Positions 35,300 through 48,400 of a DNA stretch of 64,000 nt are shown here, piece by piece. Position 1 is the first letter of the stretch, and every line of letters starts with the position of its first letter. The position numbers were made by a program, and so were the translations under genes. Source of the stretch: Geosiphon pyriformis uo1 (Eukaryota; Fungi; Glomeromycota); NCBI GenBank assembly GCA_016748015.1, contig JAAOMT010000088.1, forward strand, positions 279,663 to 343,662. Direction: 5' to 3'. The notes under the pieces are model-generated. The model made no database searches. It worked only from the letters and a program-made list of their open reading frames with translations, and was not told where the DNA came from.

Positions 35300-38200
35300 C
35301 CAATTATATTTAGAAAATTGCCATGTGCAATGTTAGAAGAATGAACAATCCTGCAAAACAAAAGGATATTATTCATTGGCATAAAGAAATGAACAATATG
35401 ATTTCAATTATTACTGAGACTAAATTGAAAGATGGAATTCACCCTTGGATCATGAACAAGTTTGTTGACATTCGGGTTTTTATTTCTGGTTTGAATTCTG
35501 GTTACATGAGTTCTGGGGTCGCAATTATTATGAATGATTTCTTGGCTCGGCATGTGTGTAAGGTTTCAGACATTCCTGACTGGTTTCTTTCTATCAAGCT
35601 TCTCTTCAAAAATAAACTGTTTGTGTCAGTTTTGGGGCTGTATGCTGGATCATCTTTGGTGGTACGTTTCTCTCAGGCAGATGATATCAATTCTTTGATT
35701 GTGAAGGCAGTAAATGAGTCTTTCTTCATCATTTTGGGTGGAGATTTCAATGAAGATGGTTCTCACAAAAGTGCCAGCTTCAGAAAATGTTTTGATTTGG
35801 GTTTGGTCAACTCCTTGAGTGGAAGCTTGTTTGAAAAGGAAGCTATGTGGGCCAATTCTCGTGGAATGGCTAAAATTATTGATTATGTGTTTGTGTCATC
35901 GAGTCTAGTTAATGCAATTCTGGATCGTGATATGTCTGGTGTTGAAGAGTATTTTAATACTGATTATAAAGCTATTTCTGTTTCCATGGGTCTTGGTGGT
36001 TTGCTGAATGCACAGTTGAACACATTGCGCAAACAAGCGAATAAGGATTGTTGGAAGTACAATTTTGTAAATGCTGGTGATACTGAATGGATCAAGTTTA
36101 AAGAGGATATGTCAGCAAATGCTGTCATGTTCCATGATAAATTTTATGCTGCCAAGATAAGTCTGGACCTAGACACAATGTGAAGTCACCTTCGCCAAGT
36201 GGTGTGTTTGTCGGCTAAAAATGTTTTCAAAAAAAAGTGGTTTAAAGGTTTCAATAGTGTTTATAATAAAGTATCATCTAGATTTCACAAATTAGAACTT
36301 TTGGTGTCGAAGATTGTCAAAGCCTCTTGTCTGGTCTTTCATGAGAAGTTTGCTTTTCTACTTGATACATGGAAAGGGATTGATTCTGCTAATGCTTCTG
36401 TTGTGGATTCTCTCTTTCTTTCGGGTTTCCATTTTGATACTATTCATTCAGCTTTAGCCAAGATTAGAAAATCTTACTGTTTATCTAAGTTGTCAGAATC
36501 AAACTGTGCCAAAAAATCTCAGATCAAGTTGGCGATTGACAAAAGAATAGAGAGTTTTGAGTTGAACAAAGATCATACTGTACATAGTGTTTTGGAATGA
36601 CCCTTCTACAAGGTGGTTTTGGACCATTTGGTGGTGAGAGATAAGCTGGTGTTGGATCCTGCTCCAGTGAAGTCCAAGGTGAATAAGATTATGGAAGGTT
36701 GAACTAGAAAGCAAAAGATGGTGCTCGACATTAATAATGAGTGGTCTCACCAATATTGTCCTCTAGGTTATGTTTTCGACGAAGCTTTTTCTGGTGTGAT
36801 GGGTTTGATCAACTTTGATGAACTGTTTGGGGTTGTCTCTAACCTGCCGGATGGCAAAGCTGCTGGCCTTTCAGGTATCTCAAATGAGCTTTGGAAACAT
36901 TGCAATATTTTGGTCCTTAATATGCTCTTAGTGCTTTTAAACTTTTGCTTATCTGAAGAATCTGTCTCTGGCCCCTGGAGAGAAGCTTGGGTTTCAATGA
37001 TTCCCAAACCATATGAATGGGAGGGTGTTCTTACAAATACTTGTCCTATTGCACTAATTGAAACAGCTCACAAGATTCTCTCCAAAATACTCTCAAACAG
37101 GATTTTTTTAGTATGCAGCACTCATAATGTCCTTCGTGGTAACAATTTTTTGGTTTTAAAAGGTACGACAACACAGTCTCCCATTTTTGCAGTTGGTTTG
37201 GTTGTTAAGAATGCCCTAAAAAAGAACTGAGAACTTTGGCTGGTCTTGCAGAATATGAGGAAAGCATATGATTTGGTTGGCTGGGAGCATTTAGAGAAGT
37301 GTTTGGTCAGAATTAAAATATGCAACAGGTTTATTCAGTTTTTTGGCAGCATTCACAAAGGTTGCACTAATTGAGTCATGACAGATTTTGGTTTGACAGA
37401 TGGTTATCGGGTTCATAATGATTTAGATCAAGGAAAGGTCTTTTTCCCCCTTCTATAACACATTTTTTATGATCCCCTTTTGTGCAAAGTCAAGCATCAG
37501 GAGAGTATGTGTAAGTACAGGCTAATTTCTCATTTCATTTTCAAGAGTGGTTATGTCGAGTCGCAGGCTGGGCTTTCTTCCTGTTTTGCTGCTGGTGCCT
37601 TTGTTAATAATACAATTTGGATTGGCAGTAGTCAGAGCACTACTTAACACATTTTGGATGTTGCTAGTGAGTTTTTCCAGATTAATGACATTTCAATAAA
37701 CAATGACAAGACTGTAGCTATTCCTATCAATTGTAGGGTTGGTAATCCCACTCTTTTCATTAGTGGTTCACCTATTTCTGTTGTCAAAAAAGGTGAATCC
37801 TATCAGTATCTGGGCATATTTTTGTTGACTGAGGGTCTTTCCAGACCTAGTTTAGCTAAAGTGCATTCGGACGTTTATTTCTTTACAAATTTGGTTCTAA
37901 AAAAAGCTATCTTAGATAAGCAGTTCTTATATTTGGTTTCAGTGGTTCTCCAGCCTATTATTAGCTACAGAACACAATTTAGCTTTGTTCTTATTGGCAT
38001 TTGCAACAAGTGGAATGCTATGATTTATAAGGACCTGAAGCTCAAATCTGGACTTCCACTCGACTTTCCTAGTAATTCGATTCACCACTCCTCCTTTTAT
38101 GGTTTGAAATCTTTCCTGCAGATTCAGTCTGAAGGCAAGGTTGCTTCTCTTATTAATTTTGCCAACTCTGGTGAGATTATAGGACGTTTGTTCTTTCATA

Positions 38201-39984
38201 GGTCTTATAATCTGCAGGTTTTGTGTTGGCACTCTATTCATCCGTTGAGTTCTCCTGTTCGCATTCGTGTTAATGCCTCTAATAATTTTCTGGCAGGTGT
38301 GGTTTGTGTGCTTTATAATTGCAAATTGTTTCTGGATAGATCCTTTGCCAATTTTTTTCGTGTCAATAGTGAGACACCCATGTTAACTGTTTTGGATGAA
38401 TCAGTTTTCTCTAGGTGTCTCCTTTTACTTTAGTGGTATAGTGTGGCCTTTATAGACCAAATTTGTGATCATCATGGTACAGTTTTTGATTGGTTCACAT
38501 TTAAGTGATGAAAGAAACTGGACCCCTGTGGCCCTATTCCTAAGTGGTTCAGACTTTCTGCTGTGTTTTTTGCTGGTGAAAACTCTTCTCCTGCTCGCAT
38601 TCCAGTTCTTGCTAATATGGGTCCTTTGGACATTCTGGGTTCTTCTGGCTTTGTGTCTATCTGTGATTGTCTTTTGCAGGTTAATACAAGGGTGTTGTCT
38701 GTCTATACTGATGGGTCATTGAAAAATTTGGATACAGTTGGCTATAAAGCAGGTGCTGCAGCTTTTTTCGAGGACATTGGTATGGGTTTGGGTGTTGGTG
38801 TGTCTGGCTTGATGTCATCTATCATGGCTGAGTTACAGGCAATTGCATTGGCTCTCGAATGTGTTCCTGTTTTTAATAATGTTTATTTGTTTTCGGATAG
38901 TCAGTCTGCTTTGGATGCTTGCAAATCAGAATTGGATATGGTGGCTCCTGATTTCCAGAATTGATGTTGGATTGAGCATTAGCACATTGCCAACATCATT
39001 TCCAGTAAGGTCCTAAATATTGCTTGGCACAAAGTCAAAGGTCATTCTGGAGTTTTGGGAAACAAGCATGCTGATGTGATTGCTGGTGCTGATTTTGTTT
39101 CTGACTGGTTTTTTCCTCCTCACCTGGATGAACACTTTTTGATGGCTGATAACAACATTGTTTCTGGCAATTCAAGGCACTTTGTCTGTGACACTTTTCA
39201 TGTCATGTGTTGTGCACATTGAAAAGTGGGGTCTGGTTCTAAGTTTTTGCCTGACAATTTGCAGGCTGATGTTGATTGGTCTCGCTCTTCTTTGGTGTGG
39301 CATCCTGATTTGCATATGGCCACCAGTTTCACTAGTAGGATTTTAGCTAATGTGCACTCTTATTTTATGAAGGCTTTGCATCATCGGTTGCCTGTAGCTA
39401 TTTGAAAATGGCTTTATAATAGACTTTATTCTAGTGTGTTGTGTCTATATTATGGTGACGTGGAGGTGTTGGATCATGTTTTTTCTTGTAAGGTCGATGA
39501 TTCTGCTTGGCGTCAGTTGTTGGATTCTTACATAAACACTTGAAAAACACTTTCTGGTTCTTCTGTCTCTTCTTTATGTTTGTTGCAGTTGTTGTCATCT
39601 TTTGTTTCAGGTTCCTTGGTGTCCATGGCTCTTCATAAGAGTTTTGTTTTTGATAATTGGTTTTGTGAAGCTGTTTCCATCTTCCATAGTCCCAAGGTGG
39701 CATGTTTGAAGGTCATTAATTTTGCACATTCTTTTGGCCTCGCTTTTAGAGATAAGATATGGTTGGTTCATGTCAAACATTGTGCCTATATGGAAAAGCA
39801 CGGACTGATTTCTTTAGATGGCTCGTCTTCTACTTCGGTCTCTGGTTTGACTTCGCATCTTTTCACTGGTGTGATTGATTTGCTTGGTATTAATGAAGTT
39901 TTTGGTGTGCATTTTGGTTTTTGCAAGTCTTGCATGTTTTTCTCTGGCATTGGTAATTCAGTTTCTGTCTATATAGCTGCGTAG
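35296..39984 (+). pseudogene. LINE ORF2: AP endonuclease, reverse transcriptase, RNase H, CCHC; several in-frame stops
   Basis: APE (CNVR, ITETKL, SGVAI, ILGGDFN, IDYVF, TDYK); RT (GKAAGLSGI, IPKP, PIALIE, AFVNNTIW for FVDD, YLGIF); RNase H (VYTDGS, AELQAI, FSDSQSA, WHKVKGHSGVLGNKHAD); CLYYGDVEVLDHVFSC. All segments are in one frame. Confidence 0.93.
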
Positions 39985-41740
39985 TGTTGTTCTGACTGGC
40001 CTGAGTGGCTAGTCATGTGTAGAAAATGCATGATTCATGCCTAGTTTAGATCATTTTTTTGATGTATAGTGCTAGATTGTGTGTGGATCTTACTCGTTAA
40101 ATTAATAATAATAATAAAAAATTTATAAATATGTTTAGATTTGACTATTAAAAATATTATATTATACTATATTATTATTTAGTTTTTTTTAATAGTCTCT
40201 GTATTTATAATCAAAAACATTGTATTGCTCTTATAGTTTTAGGCACCAAATAAGATTTTATATTTGTAATTATATTCTTACTTGCAAAAAAGATGTATTT
40301 AGAAGCAACAGATAATTTTTGAATTGCCAAATAATTACAAATCATATATATAAGACAAAAAAATTCTGTTTAATATATCTAAATATCAAATTATTAATAA
40401 AATATTAATTTAGATAAATATTTTTTGTGATATATCTTCTATCATATTATTATATTCATTTCTCTATTGATCATCTTTCCAAAGATATAATAATCAATTT
40501 TATTAAGTTTTTTTTCTTTATCATTATTAAAATCTGCTTTTAATATAGATAATATAACTAATGCTATAATATTATTAAAATTGTCATTCAATAAAAAACT
40601 GTCATTTGATATTGGTATAATATTTAGTATATATTCTATTTCAAAGAAAATACATATTCTAAAAGTTTATTTATTGTGTAAAAGTTAGAAAATAAAACTA
40701 TTTAAATAAATTAATAACTTATAATTCTTTTATTTTATTAATATTGTCATCTGAAAATTTTTTTTTTGTAAAATAATGGAATTTTTTCTTTAAATCCAAT
40801 GTAGTACAGAATATTACAGTTGTATTTGTTTTAAAATAATATTTAATCAACTATTTTTTTGTTGCTCTAACTATACAATAAGTAATAAATCTAATATTAA
40901 ATATATTAAATAAATAATTAAATAAATACAATTAAAATTATAATGTTTTATCAAATTTATTATTATCAACTGTGTTTTTAACATAATTAAAAATAATATT
41001 AAAAAAAAAAATAATTAAAAAGACAGTATTATTTAAACTAATTAACATTTTAATCATAATATTTTTAAATAGTTTAAGAAATTTATTAATTTTATCAAGG
41101 ATAGTCTATTGATCATGTGAAATAGTATATTAATAAAGATTAATATAAGTATTAATAAGAGTGTTTAATGCCTATAAATTTACAGTTAGAATTTTTGTAT
41201 TTAAAATATATGAAATTAAAAATAAATAACTTGTCAATTTAAGAAATAACTTATTTTTGATCATGTTATAAGTAGAATTTTACCAGATGAAACAATCCAA
41301 AATAAGTTTATAGTATTTAATTTAACATATATTACAGATATATTCAAAGAGCTCAAAATATTAAAACAAAATATGAATTGCAGAATTAAGTTTTCTAATC
41401 TTTAATTTATATAAAGTTTATATTAAAAAAATTTTAGATAAATATATTTAATTGGGTTTTTAATAAATATCATAAAAACATCATTTTTTATTTCATTTAA
41501 AGTTATTTGCACTGCTAAGTTTAAAATATAATCAAAGTATTAAAATCAAAGATTCTCCAAGTTCTATTAAATATTTTGCTAACTCTTTTATAAAAGTATC
41601 ATTATTTGTGGTATTATTGAGAATAATAGCAAAAAGCTGTCAAAAAAAATTAGGTTATAACTAATAAAATTAATAATAAACTTGTATAAAAAAAGGATAA
41701 GTGTAACTTTTTCTTAAATTTTTTTCTTAACTTTTTTGGC

Positions 41741-42078
41741 TGAAAATTTGGTTTAAAACAATAATAAAAATCATTTAAGCTAATATTAAAAAAATACAAT
41801 TTTTGATAATATAAGCATTATAATAATTTTGAGCTTTAGATAATACTAATACTGAAAATTCAGCTCTAAAACAATAATAAAAACCAATTTAAGCCAATAT
41901 TAAGAAAATGTAATTTTTAATAATATAAATACTATGATAATTTTGAGTCTTAGATAATATTAATGCTAAAAATTTAGCTTTGGAACAATAATGAAAACCA
42001 ACTTAAGTTAATATTAAAAAAACACAATTTTTAATAATATAAGCACTGTAATAACTTTGAGTCTCAGATAATATTAAT
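41741..42078. repeat. Three diverged ~113-bp tandem repeats inside the hAT relic
   Basis: Units start at 41741, 41853 and 41967; each is T(G/A)AAAATT..ACAATAAT..TTAAG..AATATTAA..AATATAA..TTTGAG..AGATAATA.TAAT. Confidence 0.85.
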
Positions 42079-45000
42079 ATGCTGTATAATATACCAATCT
42101 TATTATTAGTTATTGATTAACCCAAATTTATGCAAAAATATATATACATATTTTTGATGTAATTTTATAATTTTTTAATACTTTAAAAAATCTATTTGTA
42201 ATATTTATTCTATTATATTATTTATTTATTAATTCAAAATCAATTATTGTTTATTAAAAATCCCAATTGTTATTAATATAATAAGTAATAATAGAAACAA
42301 AGACTTTATTATTAAGAAATATTCAGAAATCTGATGTAAAAAAATTTTGAACTTAATAATATTTAAGTATGTCTATTATGTTATAAGTATAAGTAAAAAA
42401 AAAGATATTTTATAATAAAGATAGTATTTACTCTTAATTCTTGTCTATCTAAAACATAAAATTTCATAACTTTATTCTTGTTTATTTAAAACATAGAGTT
42501 TTATAACTTTATTTTTAATTGTATTAGCACAAACAAGTTGAAAAATAGAGTTCAAATATTGGAATATTTTAATTAATTCAGGATTTTTTATTATAAAAAG
42601 TAGTTACTAATAGTTGATAAGCCAAATAGTAATTATGTCATAAAGTTTTTTATTATTAATGTTAATAACAGTTACTACAGAAAACTAAAGCAGTTTTCTA
42701 GTTAAATTGGTCAAAAATTATATAAAAAAATAACAATCTTACTTATCAAAACATTTTTTTAATTGACTTGCAATTTTTCTGAACATTTTGCTTTTTTTTA
42801 TAATATTTTTCTGTTGTAATATATATTATTTAGTAGAAAGTCTTTAAATAATGCTATAAAAGTTTGATAATGTCTGTAGTTTTACAAAAAAATGGTTTAT
42901 GCACACATTTTAAATCTGTATATTTAGCTGTTTTTTTTTCTACTTAAACTTATTAAAATAGTTTTATACTTTATTCTAAAAACTATATTTACTAAATATA
43001 TTAATATTTAAACTATTTGGATTATTAAATTCCATTATTTTGAATTTTAAATCTTTAATAATATTGAATAATATTGACAATAAATTTATTTTAGTAAGTT
43101 AAAAAATAAAATTGTTATACATATATAGTTTTATATATATTTTTAACTAATTATAGTAATTAAACAAAGTAATAATTAATAAATAAATAATACAAGTTAT
43201 ATTTTTTTTAATTCTATCAAACCTAAACAAGTTTATAAACTTTGAACCAGACTTGAACTGAACTCAAACTTGTTAAAAAGATTTAATATTAAACTCAAAC
43301 CAAATCTATTTTGAAAAATTGGTTTGATTCAAGTTTAATTTGGTTTAGTTTAATTAGAACTCTATTTAAAACAATTATTTTTTACATAATAATATTAAAT
43401 TATAGTTGTTAAAAACCAAATTAGTTAATTATACAACAGTTTATTAATATTAATATTAATATTAAATATTTAAAACTTTCAAAAAGTTATTATATTAATA
43501 AATTTTTTTTATTAATAAAAGAAAAAAAAATATCTTTGTTTTATTAATTTTTTATTTACAATAAGACCACTATAATTTAAAAGAAAAGTACTTATTTTTT
43601 TTTATTTTTTTTTATACTTAACTATTTTTTTTAATATAAACCTATTTATGACTATAAATTTAACTAACAGTTTAGTTAAATAGTAAATACTAAAAAAAGT
43701 AGAATAAAAAACCATTTTGGCTTGAAAAAAAACTAAGACACATGTTTATAATTTGAAAAATTTTAACAAAAAATCTAAAAAATTTACTGCTAAATTTGGT
43801 ATTATGAATTTATTAATTGGATTTTTAATTATAAATATATTAAAAAATAGAAGCATAAGTGTTTATTATTTTTGAAATAGTAAAATTAAAATTAAAAAAA
43901 AATATTAATAAAGTTTTTAACTTAAAAAATTTAAAAAACACATTAATAAAAAAGAATAGTTATATTAATCTAAATATTTTTAGTAATAATAAACATATGA
44001 ATAAAATTATATTAAAAAGCACTTATATTAAGATTTACAATTTAAAAAAACCATTTAAGAAGCTGTTTTTTAATCTTTTGAATAATAATAAAGTTTTTGA
44101 CTTTTTACTATTTTTATTTGCAAATTTTATTTTATATTTAAATACATATTAAGAAAAGAAAAAGTTTTAATTTAGTTAAATTATTCATATTAGATGTTAA
44201 TTTTACAGCAGTATCTAATAAAATTTTAAACAATAAACTTAAATATATTAAAAATATTAACTTTTTCAAAATTTTAAAGCATTATTAAATCTATATTTAT
44301 ATTTAAAACTAGTCTAAAAGCAGCTAAAAAATTAGCTATAAATAAAAAAATTTTGATTAATATTAATTTGAAAAAAATTAATATTAGATTAAATTAAAAA
44401 ATTATTATTAAAAAAATTTTAAACATCTATCTAAATTAATATTAAAATTAATACTATTTAAATTTAGCATTATTAAAATAATTAAAATATAATTATTTGG
44501 TCTATGGCAAAAAATACTTGTTTTATTTAAAAATTCTAAAGTTGTTAACTTAATCTTTTTAAATAATTGATTTTATTAAGCAAAAACTTAATATATATAA
44601 CCAAAGCCAATAAAAATAAACAAATATAAAATTTAAAAAACCATTATTGTACTCTTTTATACATATTACTAATAAATATTACTGTTTATAATTTTTTAAA
44701 TTTGGTTTTATTTTATAATAAAAAAATTTATTTTATTTTATATAATTTTATTTTATATATATACATATATTGTATTGTTGTGTGTTTTAATTTAGTTATT
44801 GTTAAAAATATTACAATTTATTTGATTTCAATCTTTAAAGATATAAATCTGATTTGAACTGATTTATTAACTCTAAAATATATTAAACATAAGAAATACA
44901 GTCATGTTTCTAATATCTATAAGCCAAATTTAAAATTATTTAATTAAAACTTGAAAAAAAATTTTTAGTTTGATAAAAAATGTTTTGTATTTATGCAAAA

Positions 45001-45390
45001 AAAAAAACTTTTATGTTTTGTCTAATATTTTTTAATAGTATAATTTGGACTTTTATAAAAAATAAAATCATAAAAATTTTTAGTTTATGTTGTTTTTAGT
45101 GTTTTTTTAATAAAATTGTTACTATTATAAGTAATTAGTCTTTAATAAGATTAATAATACTATAATTTAGTACTTAATTAATTATTATTATATCTAAAAA
45201 TTTTAATATAAAAGTTTTTTATATAATAGACAGAAATTTATTAAAAGTATAATTAATTTATAATTTAATTTTTTTTGAATTAGTAACTAATTTATTTTGG
45301 TATTTATAATTTTTTGGTAAGCAATTTTAATTTTAATAACTATATTTATATTTTTTTAATATTTTTTATCAAGTAATATTAATATAAATT

Positions 45391-45499
45391 TTTATTAACC
45401 ATTTAATGAGTGCAGCCCAATTGCTATCTAGTACATAGAACCAAACTAAGAGGCTCAAACTAAATGCGACTCATGCACTTTCTACATGTGGCTAGCCAC
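45391..45499 (-). mobile_element. 5'-truncated LINE tail of a diverged subfamily
   Basis: Reverse complement GTGGCTAGCCACATGTAGAAAGTGCATGAGTCGCATTTAGTTTGA...CTAGATAGCAATTGGGCTGCACTCATTAAATGGTTAATAAA aligns to the LINE 3' UTR. TSD AATATAAATT at 45381-45390 and 45500-45509. Confidence 0.88.
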
Positions 45500-48400
45500 A
45501 ATATAAATTGAATTTAATAAGATAAATTTAGGTTTTTGAAATTAAATAATAGAATAAATTTGTAAATAAAAATGTTTTATTAATAGATAAATTTATATTA
45601 AAATAATATTAAAAAATAAAACCAATCTTAAAATAAGTTTGTTTTGTTTTTTAATATCTTTTTAGCTTTTAAATTTTTGTAATATAAGATTCTTAAATTT
45701 TTATAATTTCTTTAAGTTATTGCTAAAATTTTGGATTTTTGGTATTTTTGTTGATATTTCTAATATTTTTGGAATTTTTAATATTATATGTTTAATAATT
45801 TTTTACTTTGCTATTAATTATTTATATTATTATTATTTTTATGTTTTTCTATATAAATAATATCATTTAATATTTTTAATAATATTTTTGTAGCTTAAGT
45901 TTTAATTTTCATTTAAATATCCTAAAACATTTTTTAAAACTCTTAACAGATTACATTATTAAAATTTTTGTTTCTTATTATTATTAACAAATACTAATAA
46001 AATGTTTATATTAATTATTAATCTAAAATTAAATATAACTGTTAATATATTACTATCAAATTTTCATGTATTATTTAGTGTTATTAACATAATTTAAGAT
46101 ATTTTTTTAATAAATTAAAAATTTTAATCATAAAAATTGGCAACTTAAAAGCCAATATAATAGTCTTAAAGAGTTTAATAAAATTTATTTGAATAGATTA
46201 AAATTTTGTTGTTTAAATAGTAATATAATATTATTTTTTTGTTCTTAATAAGTAACTTAATCTAAAAAATAGCTATATATAATATTAGAAGTATAAATAT
46301 TTTTGTTAAATAGAATAATATTATTAAGTAATATAAAAAATTAAAAAATAATATTTTTATTATTATAAAAACTAAGCTGTATTTAAGTGTTAAATCTTAA
46401 ATTGTTAATAAATTTAATAGTCTAAGAATATTTATTTTAAAATTAGATAAAAACTTTTTAAGTACTAAAATAATAATAATTATAAATATTAATTTAGTTA
46501 AACATGTTTTAAAAGTTTTTGAAATTTTTAGTAGGCTATTGTTTATTTGATTGTTGTTTAAAAATAAGCAGCTAATTACTGTTTTAAATTTATATATAAG
46601 TACTACTTTGAAAAAATAGTTAAAAAATATTAAAAGTATTAGTTTATTAATTGTTAATATATTAAATGCTAATATTTTTGTGCAATTGAAAAAAAATTTT
46701 AATAAAAATGATTTTGGTTACAGTATTTATTTTAGAAAATTTTTAAGTTTGAATTATTTTAAATTTTTTTTATGGTTTTGTTTTTTATAAATTACTTGGT
46801 TTAATTTTAGAAATATAATAAAATGTATTAATTTTATTTTAATCAGTAATGATTTTTAGAACTTAGTTATGAATTCACAAAATTATTGTTTTATTAAGTT
46901 TTTAAATACAAATTATTCTATAATATTAATAAATATTGGTTTAAAGAGTTTTTTAAATTTTTAATCTATTTTAATATACAAAAAAACCTGTAAAAATATA
47001 TAAAAATATAAAATTATTAATATTAACAAAAAAGCTTGAACTGAATTTAATAGTTTTTTATTAAGTATAGTTTTGCTAATTATAAAAAACTTTAATAATT
47101 ATAAATATAAAGATAATCTTAATAGAATATAGTTAATACTTAGTAAGATAATACTTAATACAGTTAATATTATTTTAATTAAAATAGTTTTAATATAGTA
47201 ATTTAAATAAAAGTGATAAGTTTTTTTAATTTTACAAATTAAAGCTTTTTGTGTTTAAAATTTTATTATTAATTAAGACTAATAATTTTGTGAAATTTTA
47301 GTCTTTTTTGAATATGGCTTCTTTGGTTGATAAAATTAAACAGTTTTTAATTCATATAAAAAAGACCTATAGAATTTATAAGTTTCAAAAATTTAAAACA
47401 ATAAAGAACATATGTATTAAAAATACTATTATTAAGCATATAAAAACTTTTATTACAAATAAAAAATTAATAATCAAAAATATTTTAAATAAATATTTTA
47501 AAAAAGTTGTTTTTATCTATTTGGTTAATAATAGTAAATTGATTTTGAATTTTAATAGAATAAAAAAAAAGTTGATACAATAATAAAAAACTAAATTCGA
47601 AAATATATTGTTAAAGAAATGGTTTTTTTTATTAACAGATACAATTTGTTTTAAATTATATTTATAATAAAACATATTTGTTTTAATAAATTTTTGTTAA
47701 TTGTTAAAATTTTTTTTAAGAAAAAACCACTGATTTGTCTGAAATTACTAATGAAATATAAAAGTACTATAATAAATTTGTTTTGATATGATTTTTAAAC
47801 TTGTTAAATATATATATAATTAACAAAATAATTTTTAATATTTGAAGAAAAGCTTGAATATTAATAATTTTTAAACTATATAATTAAAAATGTGTTTATA
47901 AATATTAGGCTAATAGCTTTAATTAAAATTTTTTTTGATCAAATTTCTATAGTTTGTAACAAATTTAATATTTTGTAAGATAACAATTTTTTAGTTTTTA
48001 AAAAAATTTTGATTTAATTTTTTATCTTTGCTGTTAAATTTATAATAAAAAATACTTTAAAGAAAAACAAAAATATTTGGTTGGTTTTTTAAGATATATA
48101 TAAAGTATATAATTCTATAAAATGAGTATATTTATACAATTATTTAAAGAAAATTAAGATGTATTTTAAATTTTTGAAAATATATACAATAATTACTTTA
48201 ACAAAATAATAATAGATTTTAGGCAAAAAAATTCTACTTATGTATTTATAGAGTAGTTTGGTTTTGTTTTTGTTGTTGATTGTACTTTTAATATATATAT
48301 AAAAAGATATAACTTTTTTTTTCTCTTTAAAATACTTAAGACTAGTTTTTGCCCAAAAACAAATAATAATAACAATATTTTTTTTCACTTTTAATAATTT

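Larger units (their letters stand above)
33305..40117 (+). mobile_element. Full-length (6.8 kb) non-LTR retrotransposon (LINE), copy 1, inactivated
   Basis: 5' end GAAACTTCTTTCTCTCTTAT is shared with copy 2. Two ORFs, a structured 3' UTR and an (AAT)n/A tail. TSD AAAATTTA at 33297-33304 and 40118-40125. Confidence 0.95.
33124..43364 (-). mobile_element. Decayed hAT-superfamily DNA transposon interrupted by a LINE
   Basis: Ends TAAGATTTTAAT (33124) and, reverse-complemented, TAGAGTTCTAAT (43364), both derivable from TAGGGTTCTAAT by transitions. 8-bp TSD TTTAAAAT/TTTAAAAC. Subterminal AAACYRAAC-like arrays at 33140-33300 and 43215-43350. Minus-strand motifs: LFAIILNNTTNND (41636-41595), YFDYILNLAVQ (~41540-41506), LILDCFIW*NSTYNM (41306-41262), MICNYLAIQKLSVASKYIF (40345-40289). 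Confidence 0.85.

Noticed and set aside
41741-42078. CRISPR-like array
   Set aside because: Contiguous tandem units with no unique spacers; eukaryotic context; no cas genes.
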